In this document: positions 8,242 to 17,726 of the stretch, in pieces
Layout: each line of letters starts with the position of its first letter
How positions within the stretch are numbered: position 1 is the stretch's first letter
Origin: an uncultured Candidatus Saccharibacteria bacterium
GTDB lineage: Bacteria; Patescibacteriota; Minisyncoccia; Phycocordibacterales; UBA9973
NCBI GenBank assembly: GCA_964634365.1
Contig: CAZWJU010000002.1
Location: 103,150-167,149, forward strand
DNA: 64,000 nucleotides
Direction of reading: 5' to 3'
Made by a program: the position numbers and the translations under genes
The notes under the pieces: generated by a model
Told to the model about the DNA's origin: nothing
Seen by the model: only the letters and a program-made list of their open reading frames with translations
Databases searched by the model: none

Positions 8242-9735
8242 TTAAAATATGCTCTTTCTATTTATATGCCAGCGGCGCACAAAAAAGAATATGAATGCGT
8301 ATATAAAAATCACAAACAAAAGAGAAAACCTGTTTATGGATATAGAAGAAAAAGGTATTTTCGCCCCAAAGCTAATAACAGAAAGTATAGTATTTAAAAT
8401 CACAGTACTTACAAGACCAAAAGGATAGGCTATAAATTGCCCGAAAAAACCCAAAACCCCTACCAAGAATCCCAAATACATCGCTAGTGGTATAAAAGGC
8501 AAGATAAGTATGTTTATAGGAAAAGATATTATAGACAGGTTCCCCATCGTATATACAATAAATGGCAAAGTTGCAATCTGCGCAGCTATAGTTGAGGCGA
8601 CGATTTCTCTAAACCAACCAAATCTTCTTTTATTTATAAAAGAGAACAAAATCTCAGTTATGGGAGTTATGTATATGATCCCGATAGTAGCTAGGAAAGA
8701 CAATTGAAAAGAAATATCGAAAATCAAAGTTTTTGGATTTACTATTACCATCAGAACTGCAGCCAAAACTAATCCACGATTTATATCATAATTTTTACCA
8801 CTAAAACGAGCGAGTATAACCAACAAAGCCATAATACCTGCTCTGACGGCAGTAGAAGTGGCACCACTCATCAGTACAAATAATGTTATGGATAAACCAC
8901 CAAAAGACAATGCTCCATAGCGAGACAAAAATAGAGTAAAAAATTTTTGAATTCCATTTGCAACTACAGATATGTTGTACCCAGAAAGTGCAACTATATG
9001 TATAGTGCCAGTTTTTACAAATTCATCACGAATATTACTAGGTAAACCAGAGCGTGCACCGAGTGTAATCCCGGACATAAAGGTGCTTGCGGGTGCAGGT
9101 ATTGCACTCTCAATATTTTTTATAATCCTATTCTTAAAATCAAACAATTTTTCTTGTAAAACGGAAGGCGCATCGTGATCTATCACTTCTACCTGACCTT
9201 TTTGTATTAAATAAAATATATTATCCTTACCTAAATACGATATGTAATCAAAGGTATTTCCTTGCTCAGTTTCAAAATTTGTAGGCGATTTTAAAACTCC
9301 TAAAACAGACACTGCATCTCCATATTCAAAAACAGGATAGAGATCTGTGGTTACTAAAATATTTGATTCCAAATCTTCTCCTGCCACCTCTACTGTCTGA
9401 ACTAAAATTTTCTGATTATTCTCTCTTCTGTCTGGCTCATCTACTATGGTTCCAAAAATTTCAACTCTCTCGTCCAAGTATGAGTCTAGATTTTTAAAAT
9501 AATGATTATTTTCATATATTTGAAATCTTAAAATTCCAAAAAACACAGACACGACTAATATAGAAAACAAAACAAAAATCTCTTTTGTATTTTTAAATAC
9601 AAAAGAGACGATCATTGAAACCACTGAAACGAGAACAAAAATAACCAACATATTTGCTGGTATCGACAAAAAAGATTCTATACCTACGCCTAAAATAAAA
9701 CCTAGTGTGACCGTGTAAAATAATCTATCGGGCAT
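8242..9735 (-). CDS. comEC: ComEC/Rec2 DNA internalisation channel protein (OB-fold DUF4131 + competence domain) without the lactamase domain
   Basis: Polytopic membrane protein. Competence-domain pattern: ...GTIHIVALSGYNISVV...ARFSGKNYDINRGL... Confidence 0.7.
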   Translation of the reverse strand: MPDRLFYTVTLGFILGVGIESFLSIPANMLVIFVLVSVVSMIVSFVFKNTKEIFVLFSILVVSVFFGILRFQIYENNHYFKNLDSYLDERVEIFGTIVDEPDRRENNQKILVQTVEVAGEDLESNILVTTDLYPVFEYGDAVSVLGVLKSPTNFETEQGNTFDYISYLGKDNIFYLIQKGQVEVIDHDAPSVLQEKLFDFKNRIIKNIESAIPAPASTFMSGITLGARSGLPSNIRDEFVKTGTIHIVALSGYNISVVANGIQKFFTLFLSRYGALSFGGLSITLFVLMSGATSTAVRAGIMALLVILARFSGKNYDINRGLVLAAVLMVIVNPKTLIFDISFQLSFLATIGIIYITPITEILFSFINKRRFGWFREIVASTIAAQIATLPFIVYTMGNLSIISFPINILILPFIPLAMYLGFLVGVLGFFGQFIAYPFGLVSTVILNTILSVISFGAKIPFSSISINRFSLLFVIFIYAFIFFFVRRWHINRKSIF

Positions 9736-9746
9736 ACTTTAAAAGA

Positions 9747-10568
9747 CTAAATATTTTTGAACTTATTTACTAGTTCATCTTCCTCGTTTTTTGAAAATAC
9801 TTTTTTATATTTTACTCCACTTTTACCTGTAACTCTCTTTTTACACTCATCCCAAGTTTTATCTTTATATATCTTCCCATCTACCAAGCTAACATATGAA
9901 TACGCCGGTTTAGTACTCTTAGATTTAGTTTTTTTACTTTTCAATACAGGATTCAAATCTTTAGCTGCTCTTAGTTCTGTTGGGTGAATACCTAAGTCAA
10001 AACCAAAAAGATTTTCATAATCTAGAAGTGTACCTGTAAACAAAAGTACATGCTCTCCTAGAGCACTCTTTGTGGCGATCTCGTCTACGCGCTCGTTTGC
10101 AACTAGACCTGCGTGACCTTTTACTTTCTGCCAGATTATCTCACGCTCACGAGATAATTTTGCTTTGTATGTAATAGCAAGCAATCTTTTCCAAATTTCT
10201 TGGTTGGCTACATCATTTCCCTCTTTTGTTTTCCATCCATTTTTTTCCCAAGCATAAATCCAAGATTCTATACCTTGTAGTAGATAACTGGAGTCAGTGT
10301 GTAGCGCAATATTGCCTTTAATAGCGCGATTTTTTACTTCTTCGAGAGCTCTCAGGGCACCGGTAAGTTCCATTGCGTTGTTGGTTGTGTGCTCATCTTT
10401 GCCTCCAAGCTCAATTATCTTTACGTGCTTTTTCCAATCTGCAGATTCTGAATTTTCAGACTTAATAATCAAAATAGCCCCCCATCCACCAGGACCTGGA
10501 TTCCCTCTAGATGATCCATCTGTATATATTTCTATGCCGTATTGCATAAAAGCCATTATAATTGACAA
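9747..10568 (-). CDS. rnhA: Ribonuclease HI with a C-terminal hybrid-binding (HBD / Cauli_VI-like) domain
   Basis: IEIYTDGSSRGNPGPGGWGAIL...NNAMELTGALRALE...HTDSSYL...KVKGHAG..NERVDEIA is the RNase H core. C-terminal AYSYVSLVDGKIYKDKTWDECKKRVTGKSGVKYKKV matches the HBD motif (G.Y..W.EC...V.G..GA.YKKF). Confidence 0.8.
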   Translation of the reverse strand: MSIIMAFMQYGIEIYTDGSSRGNPGPGGWGAILIIKSENSESADWKKHVKIIELGGKDEHTTNNAMELTGALRALEEVKNRAIKGNIALHTDSSYLLQGIESWIYAWEKNGWKTKEGNDVANQEIWKRLLAITYKAKLSREREIIWQKVKGHAGLVANERVDEIATKSALGEHVLLFTGTLLDYENLFGFDLGIHPTELRAAKDLNPVLKSKKTKSKSTKPAYSYVSLVDGKIYKDKTWDECKKRVTGKSGVKYKKVFSKNEEDELVNKFKNI

Positions 10569-10712
10569 ACCTAATTTATGCTATGATTTAATAGGATATG
10601 AGATTTTTGACCTTTGGTCTTTGTCACAGAATGAGCAATCATTCGTAATATAGTATGTAAGGTAAAAAGCCTTATATTTAAAAGCATTAATCTTAACTAA
10701 TATAAAATATAT

Positions 10713-11174
10713 ATGAAAAACAAATTAGCAATCGGAGCATTGGCTCTAGCAGTATTATTTACAAGCTCTAGTGCCCTCGCTGCAAAGCCAGAAGGCCTAT
10801 CATCTTTCAAAGGACGTCTAGATAGTCTAGTTGTCCGCATGGATGGAATCCTAGATAGATTCGAAGCTTTCATGGTAAAAGCAGAAGAAAAGGGTTATGA
10901 CACATCAAAAGCTGAAGTAGCTTACGATGAGGTTATAGCAAAGCAAAACACTGCAAAAGCTGAAGTAGAAGCTCTAAAGACTCTAATCGATGAAGCAATA
11001 GCAGGTGGCGTAACAACTCCAACAGTTGAAATACGAACTCAAACTAAAGAAGCAAAAGATGCACTTATGGCTTACAGAGATTCTGTAAAAGAATTGCGTG
11101 ATGAACTAAGAGAAGCGATTGAAAACAAGAAAGGAGAAGCAGAAGACGCACCAGTAGACGAACCAGCTCTCTAA
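10713..11174 (+). CDS. Secreted coiled-coil protein, hypothetical
   Basis: Signal peptide MKNKLAIGALALAVLFTSSSALA, then an alpha-helical, charged sequence. Confidence 0.5.
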   Translation: MKNKLAIGALALAVLFTSSSALAAKPEGLSSFKGRLDSLVVRMDGILDRFEAFMVKAEEKGYDTSKAEVAYDEVIAKQNTAKAEVEALKTLIDEAIAGGVTTPTVEIRTQTKEAKDALMAYRDSVKELRDELREAIENKKGEAEDAPVDEPAL

Positions 11175-11242
11175 TACAATTATCATTAAAAAGTATTAAA
11201 ATTAACAATAGTTATAGAAAATGCACACCGAAAAAAATCTGT

Positions 11243-11506
11243 GTGCATTTCTATTTTAAAAATATGAAATCACAAAAAGGCAATTCAATTATTTGGGTTC
11301 TTGTAGTAATAGTAATACTAGTGGGTGTGTATTTCGTAATGAAAGCAAACAAAGGTGGTGAGTTCAATTATGAAACACAACCAACAAACACTGGCGTTTC
11401 AGGAGGAGGAATAGTAGAAGAAACATCAGATTTATCAGCTGAACTCAACTCTATTGGCGCAGATTTAGATAGTGTTGATGTGGAGGGTGTAGATTCAGAT
11501 TTATAA
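11243..11506 (+). CDS. Small membrane-anchored protein, hypothetical
   Basis: One N-terminal TM (IIWVLVVIVILVGVYFVM) and an acidic tail. Confidence 0.45.
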   Translation: MHFYFKNMKSQKGNSIIWVLVVIVILVGVYFVMKANKGGEFNYETQPTNTGVSGGGIVEETSDLSAELNSIGADLDSVDVEGVDSDL

Positions 11507-11518
11507 TCAAAATATAAA

Positions 11519-11553
11519 ATAAAAACTCGCACATGTGTGCGAGTTTTTATTTT
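11519..11553. terminator. Rho-independent terminator, bidirectional (recJ end / small + gene end)
   Basis: aaaactcgcacatgtgtgcgagtttttatttt. Confidence 0.65.
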
Positions 11554-13199
11554 ATATCAACTATCCGCAGGCGAAGCTCTTCCCTGCCAGCAAAACGAGA
11601 TAGCTCAAATGTTCCGTACAGGTCTATATTAAAACCATCTGACAAGTTGGCGTACTCGCTTGGTGAATCAAAAAAAGATATGGCCTTAATTTTTTTATTC
11701 CCAGTAGACACGGTCAGTTCTAAATGATTTTTTTCTTTGCCAAATTGTTTTGTAGATTCTACTTTTACATTCTTAAATAAAAAAACTGGTTTTGGATTGC
11801 CTAAACCATACGGAGCTAACTGTTCTATAGCCTTATAGTTTTTTTTGTTTATATCATCAATACTCAGACAAGCATCATACGCTACGTCATCTATTTTTAG
11901 ATCCCTCTTTACTGTAGAAAATTTAGATACTAATTTTTCTTCTAGAAAATGTATATGTTCGCTTTTAACACTAAAACCGCCAGCAAGCTCGTGTCCGCCA
12001 AAACTAGCAAAAGATTCAGTTTCTAGTTCCATAAGCTCAACTATGTTTACACTCCCGTCTGATCTACAAGAACCCTTTATCGGAGCGTCGTCTTCTTGAC
12101 TACCCCCCTCTCTACCCCATACAAAAGCTGGGCGTTTATAGGTCTCACATATTTTTGAAGCAACAAGCCCTAGCACCCCAATTCGCCAAGATGGATTACC
12201 GATAACTATTACTGATGAAAGTTCTCTTTTTTCTAAATTCTTGTGAACCTCTTTCATTATGCTTGCGACTATTGTCTTCCTCTCGTCATTTATATTTGTT
12301 AAATATTCAGCAAAACCTTGTGCCTTTGAAGGATCTTTTTCTGCAAGCATCATAAAAGCACTCTTAGGAGAAGCCATACGTGAAGCAGCGTTTAGTCTAG
12401 GTGTTAGAGAAAAAGTTATATCTTCTTCGGTTAAATAGCGCATATTTATTCCTGCGCTTTTAAATAAATGCACCAATCCTGGTCTAGGAGATTTACGCAT
12501 CACATGAAGACCCCAATAGGCAATTGTCCGGTTTTCATCGACAAGAGGAACCATGTCTGAAAGTGTCGCAAGACCCGCCATATCAAGAAGCCATTTTTCC
12601 CACCCAGCTTTTATATTCCAGTATTCTCCATATTTTTTTATCAACGCACATACAACCTTGAACGCAACACCTGCACCGCAAAGTCCACTAAACGGATAAT
12701 CTGTATCGTATTTAGGATTAATAATCGCAAAAGCTCGCGGGACTTCTGCATGTGGTAGGTGATGGTCAGTTATAATCACATCAACGCCAGAAACTTTTGC
12801 ATCCCTAACTTCGTCGACTGCTGTTATACCTAAGTCTACGGTAATAATCAGTGACACACCTTGTCTGATAAATTCATCGACTGCGTTTTTGTGTAAACCA
12901 TAACCTTCGTCGTGGCGATCTGGAATATATATATCAAAATTTTCATAACCAATTTTCTGAAAAAAATCATTGAATATAACCGCCCCAGGGATACCGTCTG
13001 CGTCATAATCTGCGTACACAACTATTTTCTGTTTTTGTTCTATAGCCTCAAATATGCGCACGCAGGCACGCTCCATATCTTTAAATAAAAATGGGTCATG
13101 CAGAGTTTTTTCATAATCTGGTAATAAAAAAGATTCCGTCTTTTCTTCTGTTATCCCTCTGTTTTCTAATAGTTTTCTTAATAGTTCGTCTGCTTGCAT
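11547..13199 (-). CDS. recJ: Single-stranded-DNA-specific exonuclease RecJ. Likely start is the internal Met, 13 codons into the track ORF.
   Basis: DHH/DHHA1 motifs: VYADYDADGIPG, ITVDLGI, IITDHH and the GGH region. Start moved to MQADELL; cat at about 13197-13199. Confidence 0.85.
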   Translation of the reverse strand: MQADELLRKLLENRGITEEKTESFLLPDYEKTLHDPFLFKDMERACVRIFEAIEQKQKIVVYADYDADGIPGAVIFNDFFQKIGYENFDIYIPDRHDEGYGLHKNAVDEFIRQGVSLIITVDLGITAVDEVRDAKVSGVDVIITDHHLPHAEVPRAFAIINPKYDTDYPFSGLCGAGVAFKVVCALIKKYGEYWNIKAGWEKWLLDMAGLATLSDMVPLVDENRTIAYWGLHVMRKSPRPGLVHLFKSAGINMRYLTEEDITFSLTPRLNAASRMASPKSAFMMLAEKDPSKAQGFAEYLTNINDERKTIVASIMKEVHKNLEKRELSSVIVIGNPSWRIGVLGLVASKICETYKRPAFVWGREGGSQEDDAPIKGSCRSDGSVNIVELMELETESFASFGGHELAGGFSVKSEHIHFLEEKLVSKFSTVKRDLKIDDVAYDACLSIDDINKKNYKAIEQLAPYGLGNPKPVFLFKNVKVESTKQFGKEKNHLELTVSTGNKKIKAISFFDSPSEYANLSDGFNIDLYGTFELSRFAGREELRLRIVDIK

Positions 13200-13280
13200 A
13201 GAGATGATTGTAACACACAAGACACTTCTACCGCTCAAAAAGCACTAGCCCAAAAGAGAGTGTTGTGGTATTGTTTTTTT

Positions 13281-13688
13281 ATGGAAAATTGTATCTTTTG
13301 TAAGATAATTGCCGGAGAAATCCCTTGCAACAAAGTATACGAAGATGAAAATAGCTTCGCATTTTTGGATGTCAACCCTATAAATCCTGGTCATACTCTT
13401 CTTATACCAAAAGAGCACCATGAAAATTTACACGAAATGCCAGATCAGTTACTTGAAAAAATAACCCCTGTGGTTAAAAAAATAGCCACTGCTATAAAAA
13501 CAGGAGTTTCAGCCAGCGGAATAAACATAGGACAAAATAACGGCAAAAGTGCTGGACAAGTTATATTCCACTATCATATACACATAATCCCTCGCTTTGA
13601 CAATGATGGCCTAAAACACTGGCCAGGCAAGCCCTATGTACTGGGTGAAGCAGAAGAGATAGCTGAAAAAATCAAAAGTGTATTATAG
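13281..13688 (+). CDS. HIT-family (histidine triad) hydrolase. Start taken at the internal MENCIFCK.
   Basis: CIFCKII...NPGHTLLIPKEH...HYHIHIIP histidine triad motif. Confidence 0.8.
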   Translation: MENCIFCKIIAGEIPCNKVYEDENSFAFLDVNPINPGHTLLIPKEHHENLHEMPDQLLEKITPVVKKIATAIKTGVSASGINIGQNNGKSAGQVIFHYHIHIIPRFDNDGLKHWPGKPYVLGEAEEIAEKIKSVL

Positions 13689-13714
13689 AAAATCCCCCAT
13701 CAAGGGGGATTTAT
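13684..13714. terminator. Bidirectional terminator hairpin of the AAAATCCCC...GGGGATTT family
   Basis: gaaaatccccc-atcaa-gggggatttatttttt between convergent genes. Confidence 0.6.
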
Positions 13715-13718
13715 TTTT

Positions 13719-13991
13719 TCAGGATGTAGTTTTTTCTTCTGGGATTGGGATTAATGGCAGTGCGATTTCTTTCCCTTTTTCGGTGATATTCCATTGTCCA
13801 AGGCGTTTATCACCCTTGGCAATCAATTCTTCTGACTCAAGACCTCTCATAATCTCAGCTACCAATAGGACCTTGGGAGATCTTGGGTCACTTTTAAACT
13901 TTTCAATAATATCGCCAATCTTTAGCGAACCACCATTTTCCTCCAGAATAACAAGGATCAATTCATGATCTTTAAGTTGTTGTTGCGTCAT
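13719..13991 (-). CDS. Small hypothetical protein, possibly a winged-helix type
   Basis: 90-aa ORF with good coding look. No strong motif. Confidence 0.4.
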   Translation of the reverse strand: MTQQQLKDHELILVILEENGGSLKIGDIIEKFKSDPRSPKVLLVAEIMRGLESEELIAKGDKRLGQWNITEKGKEIALPLIPIPEEKTTS

Positions 13992-14050
13992 ATTCAGTTG
14001 TATTTGCCAAAATTATACTTTTTTTATAGAAATTGTCAAAAAAGTATAAT

Positions 14051-15430
14051 TTATTGTATTCTATAGCTCCAAAGAATCCCGTCTTTTTTATTTGTAAAGA
14101 AAATATATTTTTCGCTTCCGTCCAAGAAAAGATTTGTCATATCAATAGTTGTATTCAAAATACTAGCTGGATCAATCAAAGTATAGTAGACACTAGTATC
14201 CAAATTCATACTCCAAAGAGCATCCTCAAAAGATACTCGCCCTTGATACCAGACATCAGGATATGTTCCAGAAGAAAAACTTTTTGGCACAGCACAGAAA
14301 ACAGTAATACTATCTTTTGACCACACACACTTTTCTGGCAAAGTAGACATCCCTAGATCTGTGGTTAATTTTGTATTCAAATCATAAGAATAAAGTCTTA
14401 CTCCATTTGCAACAGACGCACTATATAAAACTTTTTTACCATCAGGGCTCATTTTTGTAGTTAAACCTACGATTCCACCAAGCACCTTATCAAAGCTTTT
14501 TTTGTTTACATCTACAGAATACATATATCCTGCGGTAATTCCTGAAGGCTTTGTAGTAAGAGTTATGGTTGATTGGTTTGGCCAAAATGATAACCATTCG
14601 GAAAGTGAAGATTCAAAAACTTGAGATTTTTTACCACCAAGAAAATCTTCTGTTATACCCACAACTCCACCAACTACAGGCTCGATAGTAAAAAATCTAG
14701 TTTTATCAGGTGAAACTGAAACATCTGTTATTCCTTCGACTAAAAAATTACCTTTCAAATCTTTAATCTCAGATGGATTCTGACTATCACCACCATCTGC
14801 AAAAACGCTAGGAGATGAAAGTGTAGCGAGATAGGTTTGTATCTTATTTGTACCATCTTCTAAATATCTAAATACAACAGATTCTCCGTTTGTGTTCCAG
14901 TAAGTATCATATATTCTAGGTATAGTTGTGTTAGAAACTCTCGTTTCAGTCAATGAGTCAGTATAAGTTTGATATATATGTGCAGTTGATTGCTCCATAT
15001 ATCTTATGGCTGTTACATCTTCTGTTATTGTCTCTTCTGTAGGCGCAGGCTCTGTTGTAAGAGGATCGCCACCAGCATCCCCTTCAATTGGAGCAGGAGG
15101 TATCGGGATTGTGCGTGTTCTTTGTGTTAAAAATGCTGTTGCACCAGAAACAGGAAAAGTTGAAATCTGTCTAAATCTCGGCACGACGACCTCACCATTT
15201 TCATCCACTTCGACTACTCCAGTATCTACAACATCATCATTTGTATCGTTACCTATTGTATTTCCACCCCGATCAGTTAACGATGGAAAAGGAAACAGAT
15301 CTGACAAATTAAAACCATTGCCATCTCCGCTAGGAGTCGTATTTTTATTCTTAAAAAATACAGCTAAAAAAACAATCAAAATGATTACAAATATAGAAAC
15401 TGTAATTAAAATTAATTTATTTTTAGACAT
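14051..15430 (-). CDS. Secreted/anchored protein, possibly a beta-propeller with TolB/PD40-like repeats. Hypothetical.
   Basis: N-terminal TM. MSPDGKKVLYSAS-like propeller repeat. Last gene of the T4SS-like cluster, in the same orientation. Confidence 0.5.
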   Translation of the reverse strand: MSKNKLILITVSIFVIILIVFLAVFFKNKNTTPSGDGNGFNLSDLFPFPSLTDRGGNTIGNDTNDDVVDTGVVEVDENGEVVVPRFRQISTFPVSGATAFLTQRTRTIPIPPAPIEGDAGGDPLTTEPAPTEETITEDVTAIRYMEQSTAHIYQTYTDSLTETRVSNTTIPRIYDTYWNTNGESVVFRYLEDGTNKIQTYLATLSSPSVFADGGDSQNPSEIKDLKGNFLVEGITDVSVSPDKTRFFTIEPVVGGVVGITEDFLGGKKSQVFESSLSEWLSFWPNQSTITLTTKPSGITAGYMYSVDVNKKSFDKVLGGIVGLTTKMSPDGKKVLYSASVANGVRLYSYDLNTKLTTDLGMSTLPEKCVWSKDSITVFCAVPKSFSSGTYPDVWYQGRVSFEDALWSMNLDTSVYYTLIDPASILNTTIDMTNLFLDGSEKYIFFTNKKDGILWSYRIQ

Positions 15431-15442
15431 TATTTTAATAAA

Positions 15443-16684
15443 CTATTTTCCATCAACTGACCAGTGCCAAGGTTCTTTACTAAAATTTATCAAAGTAGGA
15501 TTGTTGCTTTTGTTTGAAAGCCATACAAAGCATGTATTTGATTGACTTGTTATTCCACCTCCGTCACATCTAAAATCAATCGCGAGACCACTTTCATGAT
15601 TTGAATAACCAGGATAGGCTGTTGGTGGCTTACAAATTGCATTTTCATTGTAAATATTTGCTTCTCCACAATTCTCAGCCCGCAGAGCAACTTGCTCTTC
15701 ATGTGTTCTAAATCCACCACCAGATAGTTTTACTCCTTCGCTCCAAGCTTTGTTAATCATAGTCTGCATCGCGGCTGATATTCTTTGACATACATACATA
15801 TTACCACCACTTGTCTCAATATTAACAATTCCCTCAGGACATTGTGCTACGGCACCGGCTGGTATAGGACCAGTATCGTTGAGCTCAAATGGATTATATG
15901 TTTCTTCTTCGTATGCAAGATCAACACCTTTTATCCCAAGATGTAGATTTATAAGGTTCGGATTTATTGTGTTCAATATCAAGTAACTAGCCAACGCAAG
16001 CAGTAAGCCACCGAGTGCATAAGTAATCCGTTCCCTACCCTCACTTTTACCAGAAAGTGCATCTGTAGACATATACTGAATACCTCCTAGCACCATCATG
16101 ATCACAGCCAGTGCTCCAGCAAATCCAATAGTAAATTTTATAATTATATTCAAATAATCTCCTAAGTCGGTGTTTGCTGGATTAACTTCAGATATTCCAG
16201 GTATAGGTGCGAGCAAGCAATATGAATCGCTACCACTTGCACAATTAGTACTTGAAGTTGTTGTTCCAGAACCACTAAGATCGAGAGCATCTTTCCCATC
16301 AACAACGTCAACAGCTACGAGAGGTGTAGTGAAAGAATCTACAGTAGTGAGTTTTATTGTATTATCAGCCCCATCTACAAACTGATAATAGTATGTAGTG
16401 TTTGGTGTGAGCCCTGTTATAGAACCGGAAAAAGATCCATCAGCAGATGGTGTAATAGTAGGACCTGAGTTTGTTAGTGATGTAGAAGTTGTACCCCATT
16501 TAGGAACCATAGAGAAACCAGGCTCTGCTTCTACAACATCCCCTCCAAAAGAAAGAGAAGTTGGGTTTAGGTCTATTTCTCCAGAATCAATAAAAACATC
16601 GACAGCATGTGCACTCTTTGAATAAAGCAATCCTAGAAATAAAATCGCGGATAAGAATATTTTATATTTTTTAAAAATGATCAT
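15443..16684 (-). CDS. Secreted FN3 domain + VirB2/TrbC-like two-helix hydrophobic hairpin + C-terminal peptidase M15 (VanY/LAS-type) cell-wall hydrolase domain
   Basis: Signal peptide. FN3-like GLTPNTTYYYQF. Hairpin IGFAGALAVIMMVLGGIQYMS...TYALGGLLLALASYLIL. M15 region GGFRTHEEQ...YSNHESGLAIDF (SxHxxGxAxD). Confidence 0.6.
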   Translation of the reverse strand: MIIFKKYKIFLSAILFLGLLYSKSAHAVDVFIDSGEIDLNPTSLSFGGDVVEAEPGFSMVPKWGTTSTSLTNSGPTITPSADGSFSGSITGLTPNTTYYYQFVDGADNTIKLTTVDSFTTPLVAVDVVDGKDALDLSGSGTTTSSTNCASGSDSYCLLAPIPGISEVNPANTDLGDYLNIIIKFTIGFAGALAVIMMVLGGIQYMSTDALSGKSEGRERITYALGGLLLALASYLILNTINPNLINLHLGIKGVDLAYEEETYNPFELNDTGPIPAGAVAQCPEGIVNIETSGGNMYVCQRISAAMQTMINKAWSEGVKLSGGGFRTHEEQVALRAENCGEANIYNENAICKPPTAYPGYSNHESGLAIDFRCDGGGITSQSNTCFVWLSNKSNNPTLINFSKEPWHWSVDGK

Positions 16685-16688
16685 AATT

Positions 16689-17723
16689 TTAAAGATTAAC
16701 GTTTAGAGTTTTTTCTGCTGATTGAAAAAGTCTAGGCTTACTTTCAATTGATAAATTGATAAAAGCATTTCCACTAGCTCCAGCAGGTTTTCTGACAACT
16801 AAAGTATTTTTAGGATCTTGATTGTCGATTCTTGTGCCGTTGATTTTCCATTCATAATCAAGATCAGTAGAAAGTGCGTTTTTTGGAGAAAAGAAGTAAG
16901 GTTCCGCGATAATAGTTGTTTCATCTTTTCCTAAAGAAAAATACTCGCCAAGATTTTTCCTATAATTCACACCAGACAAAGGGTTGTATTCATAAAAACC
17001 AATAAATGGAGAATATGTTCTGATCGTAGATATCTTTTGAGCAGACAGACCTCCGCTGATAGCTGTTGCTTTCAGTGAGATAGTCTCTGTTGTGTTCAAG
17101 TAGCTAGATTTAAAAATAAAAGAATCTTTTGAATACCCAGAGAAGTTTGGCAGTGCGTTGAAGTTTCTTTCCCATGAAAAAGTTAAATCATTTTTAGATA
17201 GCTTAGTACTCCCCAATTTCATATCTGGTATGCCGACGACTTTAATTACAGCCTCAGAAGACGGCAACGCTTTGCCTTTATAAAAAGGTGGAGTGTATGA
17301 ATCTACCGCTTCCCATATCAAATCAATAGTCGAAGGTTCAATTGATATTGTCTTAACTAAAGTTGACCCTCTAAAAACAATTACTGCTTCTACTGCAGTT
17401 TTAGAACCACTAGCTCCAGAATTTAGAGTATATGAAGTAGCACCATTTCTTGATAAAACAGTTTTACCTGAAACTTTCCATGTAATTAGTGAGCTATTTA
17501 AATCTATAGCGTAGCTAGTGAGTTTGATTGTAACTTGTTCGTTTGGACCAGGTATTTCTGGTGTAATTTCTGCTATAACATCACTTCCGACAAGTGCTTC
17601 TGAGTAAAGTGGTGCAGAAAACATAATCACAGAGAAAATTGTGACTGAAAAAATAGAATAGAGTAGGCAATATCGCTTTTTATTCATTAAAACTATTATA
17701 AAATAAGCACCTATTGTATACAA
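16689..17723 (-). CDS. Secreted hypothetical protein. By position a possible VirB8-like or accessory T4SS component.
   Basis: N-terminal TM/signal and a beta-rich body. Sits between the VirB4 and hydrolase genes. Confidence 0.45.
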   Translation of the reverse strand: MYTIGAYFIIVLMNKKRYCLLYSIFSVTIFSVIMFSAPLYSEALVGSDVIAEITPEIPGPNEQVTIKLTSYAIDLNSSLITWKVSGKTVLSRNGATSYTLNSGASGSKTAVEAVIVFRGSTLVKTISIEPSTIDLIWEAVDSYTPPFYKGKALPSSEAVIKVVGIPDMKLGSTKLSKNDLTFSWERNFNALPNFSGYSKDSFIFKSSYLNTTETISLKATAISGGLSAQKISTIRTYSPFIGFYEYNPLSGVNYRKNLGEYFSLGKDETTIIAEPYFFSPKNALSTDLDYEWKINGTRIDNQDPKNTLVVRKPAGASGNAFINLSIESKPRLFQSAEKTLNVNL

Positions 17724-17726
17724 GGA

